Shown: in pieces, positions 58,069-64,000 of the stretch
Layout: every line of letters starts with the position of its first letter
Position numbering within the stretch: the first letter of the stretch is position 1
NCBI GenBank assembly: GCA_964631145.1
Contig: CAZVXT010000001.1
Span: 457,237-521,236, forward strand
Direction of reading: 5' to 3'
Length of the DNA stretch: 64,000 nucleotides
From: an uncultured Candidatus Saccharibacteria bacterium
GTDB lineage: Bacteria; Patescibacteriota; Doudnabacteria; UBA920
The notes under the pieces: model-generated
Databases searched by the model: none
Told to the model about the DNA's origin: nothing
Seen by the model: only the letters and a program-made list of their open reading frames with translations
Position numbers and translations under genes: made by a program

Positions 58069-58578
58069 ATGTCAGATAAAAAAGATAAACCGCATATTAT
58101 TTATGATAAATATAGCAATCTAGAAGATTGTAGTGTTTCTGTTGATAGTAATCTAGAACTTGCAGAGTATTTGACTTTGAAACCTGGTGTTAACATTTCT
58201 TTATTAATAAGTGAAGAGATTAGTGGCGAGCCGATCTGTTATATAGATCTGTTTGAGACTAGTAAAAATAATTTAAGTGAAGATGAGGGTTATTTGCAAA
58301 TTAAAATGAAAGATTTGGTTAATGTAAATTTATTTCCTCATCGGCTATTATTGGATATAAATTCGTATTTCGATGCACCTGGAGCAATAGAGACCTGGCT
58401 TGCATCCTGCATCCAAGATTATTTTAAAAATTATTCTAAAATTATAGTTAAACTTTACGATGCTAGCTTTTATCAAATTATTTTAAAAATTGGCGAATAT
58501 GAAATTTCTAGCGACAAAATTGAAACAAAAATTTTAGCTCAATTTTTTGAAATTGATAGAGAACGGTATTTTTCTTAA
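58069..58578 (+). CDS. Hypothetical acidic soluble protein (169 aa)
   Basis: It has a strong RBS; no domain was recognised. Confidence 0.45.
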   Translation: MSDKKDKPHIIYDKYSNLEDCSVSVDSNLELAEYLTLKPGVNISLLISEEISGEPICYIDLFETSKNNLSEDEGYLQIKMKDLVNVNLFPHRLLLDINSYFDAPGAIETWLASCIQDYFKNYSKIIVKLYDASFYQIILKIGEYEISSDKIETKILAQFFEIDRERYFS

Positions 58579-58588
58579 TCTATAACAA

Positions 58589-58616
58589 AAGCCTAACAAA
58601 TGTTAGGCTTGTTTTT
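58589..58616 (+). terminator. Intrinsic terminator (copy 1 of duplicated terminator sequence)
   Basis: AAGCCTAACAAATGTTAGGCTTGTTTTTTATC is identical to the hairpin at 59456-59486. Confidence 0.7.
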
Positions 58617-58631
58617 TATCAATTTTTACAT

Positions 58632-58660
58632 TTGACAAATTTGTATATTTATGATAAAAT
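58632..58660 (+). promoter_or_regulatory. Sigma-70-like promoter (TTGACA-N17-TATGATAAAAT family)
   Basis: TTGACA-17nt(AATTTGTATATTTATGA)-TAAAAT, then TTGGAGGAAAGTATG. Confidence 0.6.
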
Positions 58661-58693
58661 AATATAGTTTTCAAAATTTCATTGGAGGAAAGT

Positions 58694-59104
58694 ATGATGT
58701 TTAAAAAATCTATTCGAGTTATTTTGTCATTTGGTTTGTTGGGGTTGTTTTTGCCAAGCTTTTTGTATTTATACATAAACAATAAGATTGAGTTAAGAAC
58801 AGCCGGACAAATTTATGGTGTTTTGTTACTCACCGTATTTTATATCGGTTTGATGTATGTGTTTATTACAAATGCCTTCAAAACTTCACAACAGGCTAAG
58901 TGGATTCTTTCTTTTTCAGTAGGATTAAATTTATGCCCTATTGGAACTGTTACCACTGTTGCAGGATTAGTTTTATTTGTAATGGGTCAGGTTTATGCGC
59001 CTTTGGTGGTGTTGCTTGGACAAGTTATTTTGATCCCAGCATGTCTTGCCCTTGTTAATAGGGGCTTTATACCAAATGTGTTAAATAGATATTTATACAA
59101 TTAG
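58694..59104 (+). CDS. Hypothetical small membrane protein (4 TM)
   Basis: The start was reassigned: the track's TTG start is the GGAGGA RBS. Confidence 0.45.
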   Translation: MMFKKSIRVILSFGLLGLFLPSFLYLYINNKIELRTAGQIYGVLLLTVFYIGLMYVFITNAFKTSQQAKWILSFSVGLNLCPIGTVTTVAGLVLFVMGQVYAPLVVLLGQVILIPACLALVNRGFIPNVLNRYLYN

Positions 59105-59131
59105 GTCTAACCTAAAACAGAGGATAAATCT

Positions 59132-59440
59132 ATGAAAAGAATAATGTGTTTAAGTATTTTTATTTTGACTTTTTCTTTAAGTGTTGTTCTCGGACAAGCT
59201 CGTAATACCACTGCTTCAGAAGCTTCTGATCAATATATATTGATAGCTCGATTAGTTAAAAGCAATGAATTACTTAAAGAACAAGTTAAATCTTTGCAGA
59301 GTCAAATTGATATGTGCGCTGTTGAAGCTTGCCATCAGAACGATGATGAAAATATAACGTCAGCCTTTAATGTAGGCATGGCTTTTGGATTATTGGCAGG
59401 GCTGCTTATATATATCTTGTATAGAATATTTCTCACTTAA
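59132..59440 (+). CDS. Hypothetical small secreted/C-terminally anchored protein (102 aa)
   Basis: It has an N-terminal signal-like segment, a C-terminal TM and an RBS 'acagaGGAtaaatctATG'. Confidence 0.4.
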   Translation: MKRIMCLSIFILTFSLSVVLGQARNTTASEASDQYILIARLVKSNELLKEQVKSLQSQIDMCAVEACHQNDDENITSAFNVGMAFGLLAGLLIYILYRIFLT

Positions 59441-59455
59441 TTGAAGAGAATATTA

Positions 59456-59486
59456 AAGCCTAACAAATGTTAGGCTTGTTTTTTTA
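59456..59486. terminator. Bidirectional intrinsic terminator (copy 2 of duplicated terminator sequence)
   Basis: AAGCCTAACAAATGTTAGGCTTGTTTTTTTATC; it also terminates pheS, which converges from the minus strand. Confidence 0.7.
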
Positions 59487-60623
59487 TCTTAGTTCTGCAG
59501 AAAATACTTCTGCGGTTTTTTTGTATACTTCGTCTTGGATTGGATCTATTTCTGATGCTTCTAATGTTCTTTCATTGCTTCGATATAAAATTCGGTAAGT
59601 ATAGCTCATTCTGTCTGCACCAAATTTCGCATCATTTTCATACTTATCCGTTAACTGAACTTCTTCTACTAGATCTCCCCCAATATCGCGAATTAAATCA
59701 AAATAATCATTTGGTGTAAAGTTTTTTGAAACAATAAATGAAATATCTCGAATTACTGGAGGAAACTTAGAAACCTCTACAAATTTTTGTCCAAGCTTTA
59801 GCTGCTTCTTTACTCTTTCGTCTTCGCTCCAGAGTAGTCGGATGTCAGGTAGTTCCATGCTGATAATTGCTAAGCGTTCTAGACCAAAACCAAAGGCCCA
59901 GCCAGTATATTGCTTTGGATCTAGTCCTAACTTCTCTAACACACTTGTTTGAACAAGTCCTGCTCCAAGAACTTCAATCCATTTACCATCTTTATCAACT
60001 TCCATTTCTAGAGAATCGTACGTGTAAGGGAAGGTGTCGTCATTAAATCTATATTTGATATCTTCACCGAAAATAGTTTTGGCGATTTGTGCTAGAACTT
60101 CTTTAAGTTCATCTTGCTTAACTTCGCCTTGGTTAACCGGTCTAAGATATAGTCCATCCATTTGATGGAAAATATTCATATGATTACGATCGATCTCATC
60201 TTTACGATATACCTTACCGTGGCATAAAACTTTAATCTCTTGGTTATCTTTAATCTTTGCTACTATTTGAGGTTCTCTTAAATAGTAATACCACATTACT
60301 GTTGTGTGTGGGCGAAGAATATAATCTTCATTTATAAAATAGGTATCAGATTTGCTGCGTGCAGGATGATCTGGTGGAAAATTAAACAAGTCAAAGCTCT
60401 GGCTGACCGGGACTATTTCCGGGACATTTGCTATATCAAAACCTTTAAAGATATCTAGTGACTTAATTCTGTTTGCAAGTTCTGCTATTGGACCATCGGA
60501 CTTTCGCGATAAGTCGGACATGTCCAAATAACGCTTAATTCTGATGCTTTCTGCATTGGATTTTGCTTTAACTTCTTGAAGTAAGCTTTCTGTTTCTGGG
60601 GAAGTAATTATAATGTCTGACAT
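59484..60623 (-). CDS. pheS: Phenylalanyl-tRNA synthetase alpha subunit
   Basis: Motif 2 region (..FPPDHPARSKSDTYFI..) and motif 3 (..GWAFGFGLERLAI..) are present. Confidence 0.95.
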   Translation of the reverse strand: MSDIIITSPETESLLQEVKAKSNAESIRIKRYLDMSDLSRKSDGPIAELANRIKSLDIFKGFDIANVPEIVPVSQSFDLFNFPPDHPARSKSDTYFINEDYILRPHTTVMWYYYLREPQIVAKIKDNQEIKVLCHGKVYRKDEIDRNHMNIFHQMDGLYLRPVNQGEVKQDELKEVLAQIAKTIFGEDIKYRFNDDTFPYTYDSLEMEVDKDGKWIEVLGAGLVQTSVLEKLGLDPKQYTGWAFGFGLERLAIISMELPDIRLLWSEDERVKKQLKLGQKFVEVSKFPPVIRDISFIVSKNFTPNDYFDLIRDIGGDLVEEVQLTDKYENDAKFGADRMSYTYRILYRSNERTLEASEIDPIQDEVYKKTAEVFSAELR

Positions 60624-60706
60624 ATATTTTTATCAATTATATAAAGTATATCTAAAAAACGCCTTAAAACACAAGAACCCGCTTTTTGCGGGCCTATGCA
60701 GTTAAA

Positions 60707-61132
60707 TTAAATAATAGCGGATCCTAATTTTGTTGTTTGGGGTAATACCATAATCCCTTTCCCTATTTCTTCACTTTTTCCTAGTTCGAAAGCAGCGCAA
60801 ATCATACCTTGACTTTCTATCCCCCTAATCTTAGCTTTATCTAAAATAAAGCTTTCGTGTTGTTCAGAGTGAATATTTTTTGCTATGCGTGCTCCTGGTA
60901 GTGCCAGAGCAACAATGTCGCCTGCTGAAAAATTTTTTGCTCCGCATACAACTGGGTCATAAGTATTATTTCCGTCTGTTAATTTTACTACAACTAGTCT
61001 GTCTGCATTTGGATGCTTGTTAACCTCCAAAACTTTTGCGGCAATAATTTTGCTATCGCTTGCTGGATGTTGTTTAGAAAATAAATTTTTAAGTCTTTCT
61101 ATTATATTCATAAATTTTAAAATTCTTGGCAA
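60707..61132 (-). CDS. Stand-alone tRNA-binding domain protein (Trbp111/CsaA/PheT-N-terminal OB-fold type)
   Basis: ..VLEVNKHPNADRLVVVKLTDGNNTYDPVVCGAKNFSAGDIVALALPGA..KIRGIESQGMICAAFELG.. matches the fold. Confidence 0.8.
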   Translation of the reverse strand: MPRILKFMNIIERLKNLFSKQHPASDSKIIAAKVLEVNKHPNADRLVVVKLTDGNNTYDPVVCGAKNFSAGDIVALALPGARIAKNIHSEQHESFILDKAKIRGIESQGMICAAFELGKSEEIGKGIMVLPQTTKLGSAII

Positions 61133-62481
61133 GATTCTTGATTACACATATATCCGGTCGTGCCAGCAACTGGTGCTTGTAGGATAGCTTTTATGGTAAA
61201 AGTGGTTGCGTCAGGTCCTAGCTGGTATTGATAATTAATTTTGCTTACCGGATCTTTTGGTAAAGAACTGATGTATTTTGGCACTAAAGATTTTTCTAGA
61301 TTTTGAGCAGTAGGAAAAACATTTAGAGCTGCTGGATCATTTGGATCCATTTGTCCTGCTGCATAAACCACTAAAGCATTGCGGATATTTTCTAAGTCGC
61401 CGCGACGTTGGTCATCGTTAACTTGAGAGCCTTCTTTTTTTGCTGTTGCTTCTGCATCTTTATTTGTGTATTTGATCAATTGTTTTTGTGTCTCGCTGTA
61501 ATAAGATAATATAAAATTATTTTTATCTGTTGATTCGTAATTGTATACGTAAGGTGATTGATTGATTGGATCGTTATAATTAGTTGCTACTGTATTATAA
61601 TTTTTAACTTCATCAGACATTTTGATAAAATCTTTGCCTTGTGGGAAAGTTTTTTTATCTGTTTGGTAAGCGATTAAGGCGTTACCGATTTTCTTGATTG
61701 TTGATTGGCGTTGTGTATCTCTATCGAGTTTGGATTCTGGAGATAAATCTAAATCAGCTGGCAATGGTGGGTTGCTTGGATCTGAAAAGTCGTATAATAC
61801 AAATGAAACTTCCCCTAAGGTTGTTATTGTAGGTTGATGAAGTCCTTTGTCTTTAATTTTTGCTTTAATTTCTACTAATTTATCAGCGGTATAAGGTTGG
61901 TTGGTTGTGATATCGTAACCACCTTGCACAAATTGACTGTCATTATAACTACCATCTCGGTAGGTTCTAGAAATTAATGGATCGGTGTTAAAAATGTTAA
62001 CTTCATCGCCATCTGCTAGTCCGTCATTATCGCTGTCTGCATTATTGGGGTCTGTTGCTTTATTGCTTTCGTCTACATTTATTAAGCCGTCACGATCTGG
62101 GTCAGATTTGTCTCCACAAATAGGTAAATCTGTACATGTTTCTGAGCCAAAGTATTTTTGCAACCATTCTGGGCTTGTGGTTACATCTGCTGTTTGAGTT
62201 TGGTCATTAGAAGTCTGTACATTGTTTGTGGTATCTGTAGACTTCTTTTTTGATAATAATTTATAAGCCAAAAATACTCCCCCACCCATTATTAATAGTA
62301 TTAAAATTACAACTATAATTTTAAATAGGTTTGGATGATTTGCTGGCAAAATTTTTGCACCAACTTTATTAGCAACAGGTGTGACTAATTTTGGCTTTGG
62401 TTTTGGAATGATTTTACCAGGTATTGATTCTGGTAAAACATTAAAAAATTTTGCTTGATTTTTGTTATTGTTTTCTTCCAT
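61117..62481 (-). CDS. Membrane-anchored extracellular protein with Asp-rich calcium-binding (TSP3-like) repeats
   Basis: An N-terminal TM is followed by repeats DPDRDGLINVDE / DSDNDGLADGDE and a Ser/Thr/Asn-rich region. The family call is tentative. Confidence 0.45.
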   Translation of the reverse strand: MEENNNKNQAKFFNVLPESIPGKIIPKPKPKLVTPVANKVGAKILPANHPNLFKIIVVILILLIMGGGVFLAYKLLSKKKSTDTTNNVQTSNDQTQTADVTTSPEWLQKYFGSETCTDLPICGDKSDPDRDGLINVDESNKATDPNNADSDNDGLADGDEVNIFNTDPLISRTYRDGSYNDSQFVQGGYDITTNQPYTADKLVEIKAKIKDKGLHQPTITTLGEVSFVLYDFSDPSNPPLPADLDLSPESKLDRDTQRQSTIKKIGNALIAYQTDKKTFPQGKDFIKMSDEVKNYNTVATNYNDPINQSPYVYNYESTDKNNFILSYYSETQKQLIKYTNKDAEATAKKEGSQVNDDQRRGDLENIRNALVVYAAGQMDPNDPAALNVFPTAQNLEKSLVPKYISSLPKDPVSKINYQYQLGPDATTFTIKAILQAPVAGTTGYMCNQESCQEF

Positions 62482-62484
62482 ATT

Positions 62485-62862
62485 TTAGTTGGCACTTAAA
62501 AATAATTCTATCATCACAACTAATAAAACTGTTGTAAGTGCGCTCCACCAGTTAAATAAATGTAGGCTTGAAAGTAATACGCACCCAGAAATTAATATAC
62601 TGATTAATATTGATTGTCTAAAACTTACTTTAATACTACTTTCGAAAAGTTGTTTTTTAATAATTTTTTGTCTGACTAGCAAATTTACTAGGAAAAAAAT
62701 AGACCATAAGCTTAAAAGCAAAGTTATATAAAATAAACTGATAATAAGTACTGTTGTATGAAAAGGGTCTATATACTTTATGATTGCTACTAATCCGCTG
62801 ATCGAGCTTAACGCAACTAATAAGCTTGCTATATAAACATATCTGTTTTGATGCTGAATCAT
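62485..62862 (-). CDS. Hypothetical small membrane protein
   Basis: Supported by hydrophobicity only. Confidence 0.35.
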   Translation of the reverse strand: MIQHQNRYVYIASLLVALSSISGLVAIIKYIDPFHTTVLIISLFYITLLLSLWSIFFLVNLLVRQKIIKKQLFESSIKVSFRQSILISILISGCVLLSSLHLFNWWSALTTVLLVVMIELFLSAN

Positions 62863-62869
62863 GCATTAA

Positions 62870-63280
62870 TTATAACAGTTTTAATCCTTTTTTATCTAGC
62901 CAAGCAATAAATTTTTCTGGTAATGGCATTACTGAAAGTCGAGATTGCTTTACTAGAGCTATATCTGAAAATTGCTTTTCCTGCTTTATTTGCTGTAAAG
63001 AAATTAAAGGCTCGGAAAACTTTTTTAAAAATTTAATTTCTACAAGATAGCTTTTGGGGTTTTTTGGGTCTATACCGATAATTTTACTAACTTGCGCTAA
63101 TCCTTGAATATTTTTATCACTCCCAGAATGGTAAATAAGTACTCTATCTTTTAACTTCATGGATTTAAGATTTTGTACTGCTTGTGCATTATTAACTCCG
63201 TCCCAAATTGTAACTTTGTCTTTTTGAAGATTGTCTATGCTATAGGTACTTGGTTCGGTTTTGGCTAAGAAATAATTCAT
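62870..63280 (-). CDS. EVE (PUA-like) domain protein
   Basis: MNYFLAKTEPSTYSIDNL....WDGVNNAQAVQNLKSMKLKDRVLIYHSG.. is the canonical EVE N-terminus. Confidence 0.75.
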   Translation of the reverse strand: MNYFLAKTEPSTYSIDNLQKDKVTIWDGVNNAQAVQNLKSMKLKDRVLIYHSGSDKNIQGLAQVSKIIGIDPKNPKSYLVEIKFLKKFSEPLISLQQIKQEKQFSDIALVKQSRLSVMPLPEKFIAWLDKKGLKLL

Positions 63281-63334
63281 AAGTTTATTATAACAAAAAA
63301 GAGTCTAGAAAAAGACTCTATTATATAAAATAAG

Positions 63335-63616
63335 TCACACTCTATCAAAATCATCAGCAATCCTTTGTATATCTGCTTCATCAAACTTTCCGAAAGTAAT
63401 TTCGATAAATTCTAAATTAATAAAAGATATGTTTTTTATACGATGAAGTTGGTTTTGAGCAATAACAACAACTGATCCCTGGTTAACCATTATAGGCTTG
63501 AGATAGTCGATGGTGACCAGTCCGTAACCCCCCGTAACTACCCATGTTTCTTCTCTTAATAAATGTTTTTGCAAAGAAAGTTGCTTATCTGGATAAACAG
63601 TAATTTGCTTTATCAC
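63335..63616 (-). CDS. Cupin-fold small protein
   Basis: ..WVVTGGYGLVTID.. ..VIAQNQLHRIKN.. are cupin motif 1/2-like spacings; the call is tentative. Confidence 0.5.
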   Translation of the reverse strand: MIKQITVYPDKQLSLQKHLLREETWVVTGGYGLVTIDYLKPIMVNQGSVVVIAQNQLHRIKNISFINLEFIEITFGKFDEADIQRIADDFDRV

Positions 63617-63757
63617 TCCATTGTTTCCACTTTCATTTTGGTATTGACCTATTACTTTAAATTTACCCCACGGCCGTTCTTCTTCTATCTGAGCATTTTT
63701 TGGGTTGATATCATTTAAAAAGCCATAACTTACCTCCTTTAAGTTATGGCTAGTTTA

Positions 63758-64000
63758 CTACTTTTTTAAGTATCTTACAATTAAAGTTTTTAGATAAGGA
63801 CTGATTGAAATTAATATAATAACTCCGGCAATTGGAATAATGTATTTGTCTATATGCTCAACTTTTGTACCTAAGTAGTAACCTAAACCTGTAATGCTTA
63901 CCACCCATAATATTGCTCCAACTATGTTATAGGTTAAAAATTGATAATAGTTCATTTTGCCCACACCAGCTATTGTAGGCGCGAATGTTCTGATCACTGG
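63758..64000 (-). CDS. DedA/TVP38-family membrane protein, C-terminal part (N-terminus beyond window end)
   Basis: ..YNIVGAILWVVSITGLGYYLG.. is the DedA C-terminal motif; the ORF is open to the window edge. Confidence 0.6.
   Translation of the reverse strand, partial: PVIRTFAPTIAGVGKMNYYQFLTYNIVGAILWVVSITGLGYYLGTKVEHIDKYIIPIAGVIILISISPYLKTLIVRYLKK

Noticed and set aside
60650-60706. Hairpin GAACCCGCTTTTTGCGGGCCT between the tRNA-binding-domain gene and pheS
   Set aside because: It is a good GC stem but lacks a U-tract in the orientation of the minus-strand genes. It may be a processing or pause structure, but the evidence is too weak to call a terminator.

Overview
The window is an AT-rich (roughly one-third G+C by eye), gene-dense bacterial chromosome segment with standard-code ORFs, mostly TAA stops and many short hypothetical membrane or secreted proteins. 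It combines core housekeeping genes with Gram-positive-type envelope machinery and several accessory-looking loci. Core genes include the alpha operon (rpsM-rpsK-rpsD-rpoA-rplQ) followed by rplM-rpsI, plus rpmA, rplI, rplA, rplK, nusG, secE, gyrB, pheS, gltX, pyrG, prfB, fmt, def, ftsEX and a dcd-tmk-thyA-folA block. The envelope set includes an LPXTG protein with an adjacent sortase-like gene, MltG, EnvC-like and other M23 peptidases, an M15 peptidase, SLT/lysozyme-like domains and DsbA. Together this suggests a small-genome, sortase-bearing lineage such as a Patescibacteria/Saccharibacteria-like organism; that lineage call is inference only. No rRNA, tRNA or CRISPR was recognised. The most unusual content is:
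(1) A translationally coupled operon of a MIO-type ammonia-lyase, a PaaK-like adenylate-forming ligase, an E1/ThiF-like enzyme with an N-terminal extension, a tandem nitroreductase-fold oxidoreductase and a multi-TM histidine kinase, with a divergent CheY-like regulator.
(2) A sortase homolog whose TLXTC nucleophile reads TLQTS, next to a 1197-aa LPRTG adhesin.
(3) Two highly similar (~70% aa over the shared module) secreted peptidoglycan hydrolases that share a signal-peptide plus two-TM pilin-like N-terminal module and flank a DsbA.
(4) Two copies of a ~85-nt covarying hairpin element in the alpha-operon spacers.
(5) An island of small, individually promoted genes with a conserved promoter/leader and a duplicated terminator between gyrB and pheS.
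(6) A tandem pair of DEDDh exonuclease paralogs between def and fmt, a WecG/TagA-Nudix fusion, and insertions that break up the secE-nusG-rplK-rplA cluster.
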